From an uncultured bacterium (GTDB taxonomy: Bacteria; UBP4; UBA4092), in NCBI GenBank assembly GCA_964644695.1, contig CAZXWN010000007.1, positions 26,610-90,609 on the forward strand: DNA of 64,000 nucleotides, in the 5' to 3' direction. The notes under the pieces are model-generated. The model was not told the origin of the DNA, did no database searches, and was given only the letters and a program-made list of their open reading frames with translations. How positions within the stretch are numbered: position 1 is the stretch's first letter; each line of letters opens with the position of its first letter. Shown here one piece after another: positions 39,286 through 50,199 of the stretch. Both the position numbers and the translations under genes were made by a program.

Positions 39286-41550
39286 GTGTTCAGAATGATG
39301 AAGGGATTCATTAGACAATGTATCACCCCTTTGCTCATATTCGTGAGTAGTCTGGGTACAATGTCCATGGGTTGGGGTCAGGTCAGCCTCATGACGACAC
39401 CACCGCCCTTTGTAAAATCTCCGCCTTCCCAGATGTTTTATGAAACTCAACTGAGGGTTGACCGTACTGTGGCCTGGTTTCGTATCCCCAAAACCGCTCC
39501 AGCCTACAGTATTATGACGATTGATTACTCCATTGCCGGATACGAAGTTACTTCAGCCGTGGAAGCCAACGCCTTCGAAATCACAGATAAATCCGTTGCT
39601 AAAGGATTATCCAGTTCAGCGCTTCCCCAGACATTTCGATTCAATTTGAAATATAAGGGTGCCTTACCTCTGACAAATACCACAACCAAGAGTGTGCTTC
39701 CCGAACCCCGTTTTCTGAGGTATTACGATACCAACACCCCTTATCTTCAGAGAATACTGTTAGAAAACACGGGGCGATGCCTCTTTAAGTCCCGAGGATT
39801 GGGAATGGTCAGTGTCCGCATGCGGATACTGGACCTTACCGGAAAACCGGTCATCCCGGGATGGAAATATACCCAACCTATTCCAGAAGACATGTATCCC
39901 GGAGACTCTACTCTGCTGTATTTCCAGCTGGAACCATTACCCCCGGGGAAATATATCCTGTCTTTCCAGTTGCTCATTCATAATGGGTCCGCCCTTCATA
40001 GCTGTGACGCAGGACAACCTGTCGCCGAAACAGTGACGGACATCGAATCACTCACCCCGCCAGTCCCTGTGGCCGGAGGTTCTATCCCCAGAAACATTGA
40101 TTATCCCTACCCTGTGACATTCCCTGATTCTTTTTATTCCTGGGAAGAAGACAGGCAGGCTATCCAGATTCATGCTCTGGGTAAGGGAGAGGCCAGAGGC
40201 CAGTTATTCCTCCGGGCTCCTGGCCGAGACCGGTTTGTGAATGTTCGATTAATTACCGAAAATGGGGTGGCTAATGCAGGATGGAATGTCAAATTCCCTG
40301 CCCCTCAGATAGATAAAAAAGACAGAGCCAAATTAAGAAAGAATCCAACCCTGTTGCTGGATTACAGGCCCGAAGTGGCAGCCCGGTTCACTCCTGATGT
40401 GGATTCCACCTTACGTACAGACCTGAAGACTTTGAAATCCCTTGAACCCTCAGGCATATTTATGCCCATGTATCTTCTGTTAGACCCGGTAGAAAAAACG
40501 CCTCTTTTGAAAACACTGGAAATCTGCCGAAACCAACGACTGAAAATCATCCCCATCCTGTTCCGGGACGACCAACGCAATGCCTTATTGTCCTGGGCTC
40601 AACAGCAGCCAACAAAACAGGTAAAGAAATCCGATAAATCAGAATCTGTTCCAGACCCAACCTTTTCGGAAATCTTACTCAAGTTTTATCAAAAAGAAGT
40701 CCAACCCTGGGATGACTTGTTTTATCGCCATAAGGGAAAAACAATGGTCGTGTTACGGGATGCGTCCTCTTTCGGGTTATGGGAACGATTCCCTGATTTA
40801 ACAGAAACCCATAATCTTTTATTGCAGCAATGGTTGAAAAATCGTTACGTAGATACTTACAAATTGAACCTGGAATGGGATACCCAATATAAGGATTTCT
40901 CCGAGATAAAAGCACAGGATATTTTTCAACAGTGGGATAATCCGACATCTTCCTTCCAGGAAGGTAAACCAGTCTGGAAAGACTTGGATTTATTCCGTTC
41001 CGAGTTACTGGCACGGGAGCTCCGCAATGAAGGCACACTATTACAAAAGGAAGGCATCGCCTGGACAGGCACTCTCTCTGACATCCTTTATGGTGTCGAT
41101 AGTCTGGAGAATGAAAGTCCCTTTGCCGGAGAAAGAGGCCGTATTACTGCCGCCCGCGCAGGTCAGATGGAAGAACCTTTCTGGTCTATCGGGAAACCTG
41201 ACTTTGTCGGATTTTATGCCTTCAGTAATTTTGACGAGATTGATTCGTTAGCTCGATTTGTCAGGAATAAAAACAGTCAACCTTTGATTCTGACGGAGTG
41301 TGGAGAAATGACATGGAAATATCCAGCCACCCTCAATAATCTCTGGACACAGGTGGGAGGATGGTGGGGAATCCCCAAAGTGGAAGCGCGGGATTTCAGA
41401 AGACCCTCTAATCTGTTTGCCCGGTTAATGGAAGCCAATCGTTCAGAAGGTATCCCGGGAGTCTTTGGTTGGAACAGGACCAATCATTTATCCTGGATTT
41501 CTGATGCACAGATCCAGCAAATCAGGGACTACAATCAAGTTATCCACTAG
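39286..41550 (+). CDS. hypothetical secreted protein (754 aa)
   Basis: Signal peptide and long soluble region with no catalytic motif recognised. Confidence 0.45.
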   Translation: MFRMMKGFIRQCITPLLIFVSSLGTMSMGWGQVSLMTTPPPFVKSPPSQMFYETQLRVDRTVAWFRIPKTAPAYSIMTIDYSIAGYEVTSAVEANAFEITDKSVAKGLSSSALPQTFRFNLKYKGALPLTNTTTKSVLPEPRFLRYYDTNTPYLQRILLENTGRCLFKSRGLGMVSVRMRILDLTGKPVIPGWKYTQPIPEDMYPGDSTLLYFQLEPLPPGKYILSFQLLIHNGSALHSCDAGQPVAETVTDIESLTPPVPVAGGSIPRNIDYPYPVTFPDSFYSWEEDRQAIQIHALGKGEARGQLFLRAPGRDRFVNVRLITENGVANAGWNVKFPAPQIDKKDRAKLRKNPTLLLDYRPEVAARFTPDVDSTLRTDLKTLKSLEPSGIFMPMYLLLDPVEKTPLLKTLEICRNQRLKIIPILFRDDQRNALLSWAQQQPTKQVKKSDKSESVPDPTFSEILLKFYQKEVQPWDDLFYRHKGKTMVVLRDASSFGLWERFPDLTETHNLLLQQWLKNRYVDTYKLNLEWDTQYKDFSEIKAQDIFQQWDNPTSSFQEGKPVWKDLDLFRSELLARELRNEGTLLQKEGIAWTGTLSDILYGVDSLENESPFAGERGRITAARAGQMEEPFWSIGKPDFVGFYAFSNFDEIDSLARFVRNKNSQPLILTECGEMTWKYPATLNNLWTQVGGWWGIPKVEARDFRRPSNLFARLMEANRSEGIPGVFGWNRTNHLSWISDAQIQQIRDYNQVIH

Positions 41551-41556
41551 ATAAAT

Positions 41557-43215
41557 CTATTCGGTCCGGGGGGTGTAGAGATAATACGGGTCTCGATAAT
41601 CCGATAGTTGGTAATGAGTGCGAATCGCTTCAACCATATCCGGGGTGTATCTCTCATATACTGAATAGTCAAAATCACTACCCAAAGAGTGGTACATGAT
41701 GATCAATGAAAACCGCTGTTTCTCAATATCTGACATCACTGGTTTCAGAGACCATAATCTCTGTCTTGCCAGAGTCGTCATAATAAAGGGTTGAAACAAT
41801 ACGGGCCTTTTGTTCCGTACAAGAAATGAGGCATCATCAGACAGGATATCCCCCGGTGTGTTTCGCACAATGCGTTCGACTGACTGTCCCATGGAAGTGC
41901 TTCGACTGTCAGGAGTTTTTCCATACCAGTAGCGTGTATAGGGAATGTGCCGAATCAAAACGATTTGTACTAAAAGCAGCGCCACTAATACAGCAAGTAA
42001 TCCTTGGGGATTTTTCTTCCAGGCCAGCCACCCGAGTGATATCAATATCCCCGCCGATAAGAACACGGACACCAGATAACACAGTGTTTCAAATAAATAT
42101 TTCCATCCCCCAAATGGACCCTGATGAATCTGCAAAACCAGACTCCACAGGATTACGACAACTAAAGGTATCAGATATTTCACACGGTTCAGATTCTTTA
42201 TCCATCCAATACATACACCCGATAAAATGGTTATCAGCAGCATAAACTCAAGCAAATAATTGACGGCCGAACCTTCCTTACCTGCCGTCAACATCACTCC
42301 AAAAGCTAAAACCGTGTAGATTCCTAACAACACCTTTTCCTTGGGTTGTCGCCATGTCAGAAAAAACGAAGTCAGTGCTAACACTAAAATGGGCCAATAG
42401 TATTTCTGGATATTGGTGAGATAGTTGATCATATCCGCCACATAGTAGGGGTTGATGTTATATGCTACCAGATGACGGTAAATCTCTCCATGGGTCATCA
42501 CCATCAATAAACCAAAAACAGGAAGCCCCATCGCCATCATATAGACTGGGAGTCTCCACGCATTCCTTCGGTAATAAATCAAGGAATAAATAAATACCGT
42601 AGCGGGGGCCGCTAAGAGAGTCTGTTTCGCATAAAGTGAAAGAGTAAACAATAACGCCGGCATGAATAACTTTTCGGGATTCCGATAAAACAGATACATC
42701 CCCCAAAAACATAAAGCCAACCCCAACATATCTACCCGGTTATAGACTCCCCAAAGATAAAAGTAATGGATGCCGAAGGGGAATAAGGCCGTAAACAGAG
42801 CCGCTCCCCAGTCTCCCGAGGTCAGACGATATACCCATCGACCTGCAACTCCACACAACAGCAGTGTCGCCAGAATACTAATTAAACGCCCCCCCAGATG
42901 GACAGGACCGAATATCCAGGTCAGCGGCACACCCAGTAAGGGATGCAACGGGGGATAATTGCCGACGGTATAGGGATAACTCTTTAAGTCTGGATATATA
43001 GTTTGCCCATGACTCAGTCGAACCGTCTGATTCAATATAAAACCTTCCTCATTATCGAGGTCATAGGGATACAGCAGACAGGCACTCGCATGAACAATGA
43101 AAAACAACAGGTAAGTGAACAAACCCAATAACAATAATGTCATTAATGCTTTTTCAATTCTGTTGAGTTGCCGGAACCAGTGTTGAAAATCCGTAGTTAA
43201 ATTATGAAGCGTCAT
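41557..43215 (-). CDS. polytopic membrane protein, possible GT-C type glycosyltransferase (ArnT/PMT-like)
   Basis: More than 10 TM helices with a C-terminal soluble domain. The family assignment is tentative. Confidence 0.4.
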   Translation of the reverse strand: MTLHNLTTDFQHWFRQLNRIEKALMTLLLLGLFTYLLFFIVHASACLLYPYDLDNEEGFILNQTVRLSHGQTIYPDLKSYPYTVGNYPPLHPLLGVPLTWIFGPVHLGGRLISILATLLLCGVAGRWVYRLTSGDWGAALFTALFPFGIHYFYLWGVYNRVDMLGLALCFWGMYLFYRNPEKLFMPALLFTLSLYAKQTLLAAPATVFIYSLIYYRRNAWRLPVYMMAMGLPVFGLLMVMTHGEIYRHLVAYNINPYYVADMINYLTNIQKYYWPILVLALTSFFLTWRQPKEKVLLGIYTVLAFGVMLTAGKEGSAVNYLLEFMLLITILSGVCIGWIKNLNRVKYLIPLVVVILWSLVLQIHQGPFGGWKYLFETLCYLVSVFLSAGILISLGWLAWKKNPQGLLAVLVALLLVQIVLIRHIPYTRYWYGKTPDSRSTSMGQSVERIVRNTPGDILSDDASFLVRNKRPVLFQPFIMTTLARQRLWSLKPVMSDIEKQRFSLIIMYHSLGSDFDYSVYERYTPDMVEAIRTHYQLSDYRDPYYLYTPRTE

Positions 43216-43721
43216 GGAAATAATAAATCTCCTGAGGATACATATTCCGGCCAGGTCTTAAATAACCAGGACCGTGTTACCTGGTGAATCAGTGTTTCTT
43301 CCTGAGGGATGGATAATCGCTTAAATTCCCGGGCGGTAGTTCCATCCCAGAACTGCCCGGCATGGACTATCCCGTGATGGAGGAACTCATGGACCAGACA
43401 CACCCGAACCAGGCGGTCATAAGTTAATGTACTGAGTCCGGAGTGTTGCTGTAAATAGGTGAGCCAGTTTCGAATGTTATCCGGATACAACAGGATAGAC
43501 ATCGGTTTCTCCTGATATTCAGAACGGAGAATAAAGGGGCCCCGATGCACTTGTCCAGATATTTCTTTCACAGGAAGACCCACCTCTCGACACCAACAAA
43601 CAGGGTCCTCCGGTGGGTCAAACCGGCTTATCCAGTTCCATAATGTATGTTCTAAATTATTCTCAGGCTGATTCATTACACCTAATCTTAACCGATGAAG
43701 GTCTTTCAGAGAATCAATCAC
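43212..43721 (-). CDS. hypothetical protein
   Basis: 169 aa ORF, 4-nt overlap with the downstream membrane-protein gene (operon). Confidence 0.4.
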   Translation of the reverse strand: MIDSLKDLHRLRLGVMNQPENNLEHTLWNWISRFDPPEDPVCWCREVGLPVKEISGQVHRGPFILRSEYQEKPMSILLYPDNIRNWLTYLQQHSGLSTLTYDRLVRVCLVHEFLHHGIVHAGQFWDGTTAREFKRLSIPQEETLIHQVTRSWLFKTWPEYVSSGDLLFP

Positions 43722-43788
43722 GGTAATAAAAAGCCTATGATAAACTGGAAATGAGGTTTCTTAACCGATTAATACACTGGAGTTTCGC

Positions 43789-44688
43789 ATGAAAAGATTC
43801 ATTTTAATTATTGGAACAATTTGTCTTCTGTCGATTCCGGCTCTTGCTGCCAATAAGGTTTATGTCGCCTCCATTCATCCTCTGGCGGCGATTCTTAATG
43901 AATTGACCCTCGGCCGTGCTACTGTTCAGCAGCTGATACCTTCCGGTGCCTCTCCACATACTTACGAACCCAGACCCTCTGATATTCGTACGGTTCAGTC
44001 CGGGGAAGCCTTCTTTTATGTTTCACCACTCCTGGACGGATGGGCTTCCAAACTCCCGGCAAAGCGAAAGATAGAAGTTATTGAATTGGTTCCTGCCAAT
44101 ATGAGGTATAAAACCCTGGAAGGTCATCATCACGAAGGTGCTAGCCATGAAGCAGGCCATGACGGAGATGAATCTGATCCACACTTCTGGACAGACCCCC
44201 TCACCGTTAAAGCATTGGTCCCAAGTCTGGTCAAAGAATTAACAAGGCTTGATCCGGATGGAAGCAGGGTATATAAAAATAATGCCAATAACTTTTCTGA
44301 CAAACTGGATGCACAACATCAGGCAATGACCAAGCAACTGGCTTCCGTTAAAGGAAAATCACTCTTCATGTTCCACCCATCATTTCAATACCTGATGAAG
44401 CGATACGGTTTAGTATTAGGTGGAGTAATTGAGCCTTCTCCGGGAAAAGAGCCCTCTCCCCGATACCTTCAGCAGATGGTTAAACAAATCAAGGCAAAGA
44501 AAGCAACTGCTATTTTCACCGAGCCCCAACTCCCTCAAAGACCGGCTCAAATTCTGGCTGAATCCGCTAAAGTAACGGTATATACTCTCGACCCCATCGG
44601 CGGTATTAAGGGTCGCCAGTCCTACTTTGAATTATTAAATTACAATACGCTTGTATTACAGAAAGCTCTCTCAACAAAGACGAAATAA
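43789..44688 (+). CDS. metal (zinc/manganese) ABC transporter substrate-binding protein, ZnuA/TroA family
   Basis: Signal peptide and His-rich loop EGHHHEGASHEAGHDGDESDPHFW typical of ZnuA. Followed by ATPase and permease genes. Confidence 0.8.
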   Translation: MKRFILIIGTICLLSIPALAANKVYVASIHPLAAILNELTLGRATVQQLIPSGASPHTYEPRPSDIRTVQSGEAFFYVSPLLDGWASKLPAKRKIEVIELVPANMRYKTLEGHHHEGASHEAGHDGDESDPHFWTDPLTVKALVPSLVKELTRLDPDGSRVYKNNANNFSDKLDAQHQAMTKQLASVKGKSLFMFHPSFQYLMKRYGLVLGGVIEPSPGKEPSPRYLQQMVKQIKAKKATAIFTEPQLPQRPAQILAESAKVTVYTLDPIGGIKGRQSYFELLNYNTLVLQKALSTKTK

Positions 44689-45449
44689 TGAATACTCACT
44701 CCACGACAGCCATTGATGTGAAAGAACTCTCCGTCCGATACGGAGATTATCTGGCTTTGGAAAACATCTCTCTCCGAGTGGTGTCAGGATGTTTTGTTGT
44801 CATCATCGGTCCCAACGGGTCTGGTAAATCAACCTTTATCAAGACTCTTCTGGGTCTGGTTAAACCCTGTTCCGGCTCGGCAGAAATTCACGGTCAACCT
44901 GTTTCGGATATTAATCCATCCGATATCGGATATGTTCCACAGCTGAAAAGTCTGGACCGCAGTTTTCCTGCAATGGCGCTGGAGTTGGTTGTCTCTGGTC
45001 TGAGAGGTACATGGCCGGCTTTCATCAGCCGTGAAGAAGAAAAAAAAGCGGAACAAGCCCTTGCCAAAGTGGGAGCGGAACATTTGGCCCACCGTCCTCT
45101 AGGAGGGCTGTCCGGTGGTGAATTGCAGCGGGTTTATCTGGCACGAATATTTGCCCGAAGTCCGAAACTGGTGTTATTAGACGAGCCTGCGACAGGGATT
45201 GATGCTGTCGGCGAAGAAGATTTACATCGTTTACTGGACTTATACAATAAAGAAACCGGGGCGACTATTCTAATGGTCACTCACGACTGGTTAATTGCCC
45301 GGCACCACGCCACAGAAGTTATGTTACTCAATCGGAAATGTATGGCTTACGGACCACCTTCCCATGCTTTAACAGAAGAAAATCTGCAGAAAGCTTTTGG
45401 TCACGTCGGCCATCTCCATCCCCACCTGCCGGAGCATCACCATGATTGA
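44688..45449 (+). CDS. metal ABC transporter ATP-binding protein (ZnuC-like)
   Basis: Walker A GPNGSGKST and ABC signature LSGGELQR. Confidence 0.85.
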   Translation: MNTHSTTAIDVKELSVRYGDYLALENISLRVVSGCFVVIIGPNGSGKSTFIKTLLGLVKPCSGSAEIHGQPVSDINPSDIGYVPQLKSLDRSFPAMALELVVSGLRGTWPAFISREEEKKAEQALAKVGAEHLAHRPLGGLSGGELQRVYLARIFARSPKLVLLDEPATGIDAVGEEDLHRLLDLYNKETGATILMVTHDWLIARHHATEVMLLNRKCMAYGPPSHALTEENLQKAFGHVGHLHPHLPEHHHD

Positions 45450-46245
45450 TTTATTAACCATGCCGTTTTTTCAACGGGCTCTCATCGCAGGTATTCTGGT
45501 AGGGTTCCTGTCCAGTTATTATGGCGTTTTTGTGGTGCAGCGGGGACTCAGCTTTCTTGGAAGCGGGCTGGCACATGCCGCGTTCGGAGGTGTAGCACTT
45601 GGGCTCCTGTTAAACATGGAACCGTTATGGGTAGCTGTCCCCTTCACAATCGTTGTGGCTGTATTAATTACATGGGTCCGCGAGAAAACCTCGTTGGGAC
45701 GGGATACGGCCGTCGGAATATTCTTCTCCGTCTCAATGGCTCTGGGAATTGTATTTCTGGCCTTAAAGAAAGATTACTCCGCGGATGCTTATACCTATCT
45801 GTTTGGATCTATCCTCGCCGTCAGCGAGTCCGACCTATGGGTCACGGTGGCAGTCACATTCCTGGCCCTGGCAACCTGGAAACTTTGGGGGAAATGGGCG
45901 TATGCTACCTTCGACCGGGAACTGGCACTGGCTGACCGGCAACCCGTCCTCCGACATGACTACCTGATGTCTGTATTGGTCGCTGTTACTGTTGTTGTTG
46001 CAGTCAAAGTCGTCGGTATCGTATTGATTGCGGCATTCCTCGTCATTCCCGCCGCAACAGCGCGTCTGGCGGCACGCACCTTCTTATCCATGACGATTTG
46101 GTCCGTCAGCATCGGCATCTTATCAGCGATTGCAGGATTATTCCTGTCTTATGTTGGAGATATCCCGTCTGGAGCCACCATTATCCTGGTTCAGGCCGTT
46201 CTCTTTTTCGTGATGTTTGGCGGTAAGGCACTTCTGTCCCGTTGA
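45442..46245 (+). CDS. metal ABC transporter permease (ZnuB-like)
   Basis: Polytopic membrane protein. Start at the internal Met overlapping the znuC stop (ATGATTGA). Confidence 0.75.
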   Translation: MIDLLTMPFFQRALIAGILVGFLSSYYGVFVVQRGLSFLGSGLAHAAFGGVALGLLLNMEPLWVAVPFTIVVAVLITWVREKTSLGRDTAVGIFFSVSMALGIVFLALKKDYSADAYTYLFGSILAVSESDLWVTVAVTFLALATWKLWGKWAYATFDRELALADRQPVLRHDYLMSVLVAVTVVVAVKVVGIVLIAAFLVIPAATARLAARTFLSMTIWSVSIGILSAIAGLFLSYVGDIPSGATIILVQAVLFFVMFGGKALLSR

Positions 46246-46251
46246 TTTGAT

Positions 46252-47172
46252 ATGACACATAAACTCCACACTTCATCCCTTAAAGCAGATTTGTTGCTCA
46301 TTTTCACCACCTTTCTATGGGGAACATCCTTTATCTGTATGAAAGTGGTCATGGGTTCGGTGTCCGCATTTGAAGCCTTCTTCTGGCGTTCCATGCTGGC
46401 GTTTATCATTTACCTCCCATGGTGGATGAAAGAATTTAAACCACTTCAGGAAAAAGGGAATTGGAAGAATGCTTGGAGAGCCGCAGCTGTTCTCAGCTTC
46501 TTCAATGGAGTGGGCCTGATACTTCAATCCTGGGGATTACAACTGACGACAGCCACTGGAAGCGCCTTTGTAACCAGTCTTCATGTCTTCTTCACTCCTA
46601 TCTACCTGTGGCTGTTTTTTAAGCAAAATCCAACGAAGAAAGCCTGGGCCTGTATCGCGATTGCTTTTTTAGGGCTAATCATCTTCACGATTCAACCGAA
46701 TTGGACGATTCAAAAGGGCGATTTCCTGGTGTTACTGTCCGCCATGCTGTTCGGGATGGCTATCATCTACACCACCCGATTTACTGAACAGTATTCCCCC
46801 TTCTTCCTGATGGGGGCGCAGCTCCTTTTTTTGGGATTAATGTGTATGGCTGGTTGGGGTTGGGAGGGATTCCATCTCGGGGCCCGCTCAATCGTGGTAT
46901 GGAGCAACCTCATATACCTGACAATATTTGTGACCCTGATAGGCTTTTACCTCCAGTTTGTTTATCAGAAACAAACCGAAATCACACGAGCTATCCTTAT
47001 TTATTCACTGGAACCGGTATTCGCTGCAATCCTGGGTTATTTCATTCTGACAGAACGACTTGAATTGCATAAATGGGTAGGGGCGGCCCTCATGTTCGGG
47101 GCGGTTATTGCTTCTGAATTGAAATGGAACCACTTTGTCGGTAATTCCAATAAAAACACCCCGACTTCCTGA
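46252..47172 (+). CDS. DMT superfamily (EamA-like) transporter
   Basis: 10 TM helices in two EamA-like halves. Confidence 0.65.
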   Translation: MTHKLHTSSLKADLLLIFTTFLWGTSFICMKVVMGSVSAFEAFFWRSMLAFIIYLPWWMKEFKPLQEKGNWKNAWRAAAVLSFFNGVGLILQSWGLQLTTATGSAFVTSLHVFFTPIYLWLFFKQNPTKKAWACIAIAFLGLIIFTIQPNWTIQKGDFLVLLSAMLFGMAIIYTTRFTEQYSPFFLMGAQLLFLGLMCMAGWGWEGFHLGARSIVVWSNLIYLTIFVTLIGFYLQFVYQKQTEITRAILIYSLEPVFAAILGYFILTERLELHKWVGAALMFGAVIASELKWNHFVGNSNKNTPTS

Positions 47173-47195
47173 CCCAAAAAGATTTCCTGTGTGTT

Positions 47196-47732
47196 ATGCC
47201 GGTGTTTGATAAAATATCAAATACTATGGAATTTATATCGACACGCCGGAAGATTAAATCTCCGAACCGATTAAAACCAATTCTCCGCCGGTTACAAGCC
47301 GGCGGGAAAAAAGTCGTGTTCACTAATGGAGTCTTTGACATCCTCCATGTGGGACATGTTCGGTTACTGGAACAATCGAAACGGCAGGGTGATATTCTGG
47401 TCGTTGCTCTGAACACGGATGAAAGTGTAAAGAGACTGAAAGGACCCGAACGCCCACTCAATACCCTGGAGAAACGGGCCGAGTTAATGGCCGCCTTGGC
47501 TTGTGTGGATTTCGTCACCTGGTTTGAAGAGGATACACCTCTGGAAGTATTCGTTCACCTTAGGCCGGACATTCTGGTCAAAGGCGGCGATTATAAGGTG
47601 TCGGAAATAGTCGGTGCCCGGGAAGTAAAATCCTGGGGTGGACGAGTCGTCCGAATCAAACTGGTCGAAGGCCAGTCAACAACAGGACTGCTCAAACGGG
47701 TCAAGAAACTGGGAACCGTAGAGAAAAAATAA
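47196..47732 (+). CDS. D-glycero-beta-D-manno-heptose 1-phosphate adenylyltransferase-like cytidylyltransferase (RfaE domain II / HldE C-terminal-like)
   Basis: KKVVFTNGVFDILHVGHVRLL nucleotidyltransferase (T/H)xGH motif, about 170 aa. Confidence 0.7.
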   Translation: MPVFDKISNTMEFISTRRKIKSPNRLKPILRRLQAGGKKVVFTNGVFDILHVGHVRLLEQSKRQGDILVVALNTDESVKRLKGPERPLNTLEKRAELMAALACVDFVTWFEEDTPLEVFVHLRPDILVKGGDYKVSEIVGAREVKSWGGRVVRIKLVEGQSTTGLLKRVKKLGTVEKK

Positions 47733-47816
47733 TTAACCGCGAAGGATACATTAACGGAAGATACTGGATTCAACTCGTTATTCTTCGCGGTCCTTTTATG
47801 GATATAAATAGAGACT

Positions 47817-49820
47817 ATGACTGATTTTCTTAAAGGCTTGAATGAACAACAGTATGAGGCGGTCACCACGGTAGACCGTCCGGTACTGGTATTAGCCGGT
47901 GCGGGTTCAGGAAAAACCCGCGTTATTACCTACCGCATCGCCCATTCCATTCGGGAAAAAATGAACCGGCCGGAAGAAATCTTTGCCGTAACTTTCACCA
48001 ACAAAGCCGCTGCGGAAATGCGGGAACGCGTTGAAAAATTACTGGGGCATGATGTTCGTCAATTCTGGATTACAACTTTCCATTCAGCCTGTGTCCGAAT
48101 CCTCCGCCGTTATATTGATAAACTGGGATATACTCGGGATTTCACGATTTATGATGATGGAGACCAGGCCGGCGTTGTCCGGGAAGTTCTTCGCGACATG
48201 GGCCGGGACCCGAAAGAAGTTAACTTAAAAAACATCGTCGCTAAAATCTCCTCTGCCAAATCCTCCTTAATAACTCCTGAACAATACCGTAATGCAGAAG
48301 CCAGTGTTGCCCACCAGATGATGGGAGACGCCTACGGCCGATATAATGCCATTCTAAAAGCCAATAATGCGGTTGATTTTGATGACCTGCTCATTCTCAC
48401 AGTCCGCCTGTTGGAAGAACATAAAGATGTCCGGGAATATTACCGGAACCTGTTTCGACATATCCTTATTGATGAGTATCAGGACACTAACCATGTCCAG
48501 TACCGCATGATGAAATTGTTAGGACAGGATAAGAAAATGTTTTGTGCTGTCGGTGACGATGACCAGAGTATTTATGCCTGGCGGGGTGCCGATATCAATA
48601 ATATTCTTACCTTCGGGGATGATTTCCCGAACACCCATGTCGTCAAATTAGAACGCAATTACCGTTCCACCCAACCCATCCTTGATGCGGCCAACCGGTT
48701 GATTTCCCGAAACAACAAACGAAACAAGAAAAAACTCTGGACCAGTATTGGAGAGGGCCGGCCGGTCTATTTTGTCTTATCCGATGAAGATATGCTGGAA
48801 GCTCAGTGGGTGGGAGAACAGGTCTATCACTGGCGAAATCTGGGGCGGAGACTGGATGAAGTGGCTGTCTTTTACCGAACGCATGCCCAGTCCAGAGCTT
48901 TCGAAGATGTATTCCGGGGGATGCGGATCCCCTACCAGATAGTCGGCGGTATAAAGTTTTATGACCGTAAAGAAGTCCGGGACATCCTCGCCTATTTACG
49001 CGTCATAGTAAACCCTGCGGACGAAGTCTGCCTTAAACGGATTTTGAATGTTCCCGTCCGGGGGATTGGGGATAAGACGATTGAAAAACTTTCGGCTTTC
49101 GCCAAATCTTCAGGACTTTCTTTATTTCAAGCCTTGCAGCGAGTTCAGAATGTGGAATCCATCGCGCCTAAAACTCGAACCAAACTTCAGGAAGTATTAG
49201 GTTTGATTGGAGAACTGGCGCACGAGTCTCAGGGACGGGGAGTTATGGATTTCCTGCTTTACCTGATGGACCGGATTCATTATACGGATTATCTGGAAAC
49301 GGCCTACCCTCAAGATTACCGGGGACGAATCCAGAATGTACAGGAACTGGTTGCAGCAGCTGAAGATTTTGAGCGTAAAAGTGAAGATATAACCGTGGCG
49401 GCCTACTTAAACGAAGTGGCCCTGATGACGGATGTGGATTTGACCGAAACGGAAGGGACTCCTGATGTGACCGGAACCGTCAGCTTCATGAGTCTTCACG
49501 CTGCCAAAGGATTAGAATTTCCACTTGTATTTTTTACCGGCATGGAAGAAAATATCTTTCCATCTGTACGGGATTCAGAAGACCCGGAAGCAGAGTTGGA
49601 AGAAGAACGGCGATTATGTTATGTTGGGATTACGAGAGCAAGAGAACAGTTATTTCTCACAGCGGCCCGTTCCCGACGAATGTATGGACAAAGAATGTAT
49701 AACGAACCATCTCCATTCATAAATGAAATTCAACCCGTCTGGGCGCGGGGCAAATCCGCTCCCAACTCACATCGAGGTGAAGGCGGATACAGCTCCAGGA
49801 GGACAAGCTATCATGGCTGA
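47817..49820 (+). CDS. UvrD/PcrA-family ATP-dependent DNA helicase
   Basis: Walker A AGAGSGKT, DEYQDTN motif II, and helicase motifs throughout. 667 aa. Confidence 0.9.
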   Translation: MTDFLKGLNEQQYEAVTTVDRPVLVLAGAGSGKTRVITYRIAHSIREKMNRPEEIFAVTFTNKAAAEMRERVEKLLGHDVRQFWITTFHSACVRILRRYIDKLGYTRDFTIYDDGDQAGVVREVLRDMGRDPKEVNLKNIVAKISSAKSSLITPEQYRNAEASVAHQMMGDAYGRYNAILKANNAVDFDDLLILTVRLLEEHKDVREYYRNLFRHILIDEYQDTNHVQYRMMKLLGQDKKMFCAVGDDDQSIYAWRGADINNILTFGDDFPNTHVVKLERNYRSTQPILDAANRLISRNNKRNKKKLWTSIGEGRPVYFVLSDEDMLEAQWVGEQVYHWRNLGRRLDEVAVFYRTHAQSRAFEDVFRGMRIPYQIVGGIKFYDRKEVRDILAYLRVIVNPADEVCLKRILNVPVRGIGDKTIEKLSAFAKSSGLSLFQALQRVQNVESIAPKTRTKLQEVLGLIGELAHESQGRGVMDFLLYLMDRIHYTDYLETAYPQDYRGRIQNVQELVAAAEDFERKSEDITVAAYLNEVALMTDVDLTETEGTPDVTGTVSFMSLHAAKGLEFPLVFFTGMEENIFPSVRDSEDPEAELEEERRLCYVGITRAREQLFLTAARSRRMYGQRMYNEPSPFINEIQPVWARGKSAPNSHRGEGGYSSRRTSYHG

Positions 49821-50184
49821 CACAAAAAATGTATATGACTTCGAAATAGGCGATAAGGTACGCCACTCAAAGTGGGGTATCGGAACGGTCCTGATGGTCA
49901 CCGGTAATGGTGAACGGACCAAGGTGACCGTTATGTTTCAAGACGGCACAAAGATGTTAATGGCGCAATATGCTAATCTGGAAAAGGTGGCTTCAGCCCC
50001 GGTCAAACGCAATAAATCTGTGGAACCGTTCCTGAGTGTTCCGGAAGATGAAGTGGCCTTTGGACCGGTGGGTGCGGAATTACCCGCAGACCTCCCCGAA
50101 GTCGAGGACGAAGATGATGATTTAGTGGTTCCTCCTCTCGGTGATGGGGATTCCGCTGAGGAAGATGACGACGATACTTTGTAA
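49813..50184 (+). CDS. UvrD C-terminal (Tudor-like) domain protein, separate ORF overlapping the helicase stop
   Basis: GDKVRHSKWGIGTVLMV...VTVMFQDGTKMLMAQYANLE resembles the PcrA/UvrD C-terminal domain. Acidic tail. Start at ATG 49813 (ATGGCTGA overlap). Confidence 0.4.
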   Translation: MADTKNVYDFEIGDKVRHSKWGIGTVLMVTGNGERTKVTVMFQDGTKMLMAQYANLEKVASAPVKRNKSVEPFLSVPEDEVAFGPVGAELPADLPEVEDEDDDLVVPPLGDGDSAEEDDDDTL

Positions 50185-50199
50185 TAAAAGGAGTTTCCA

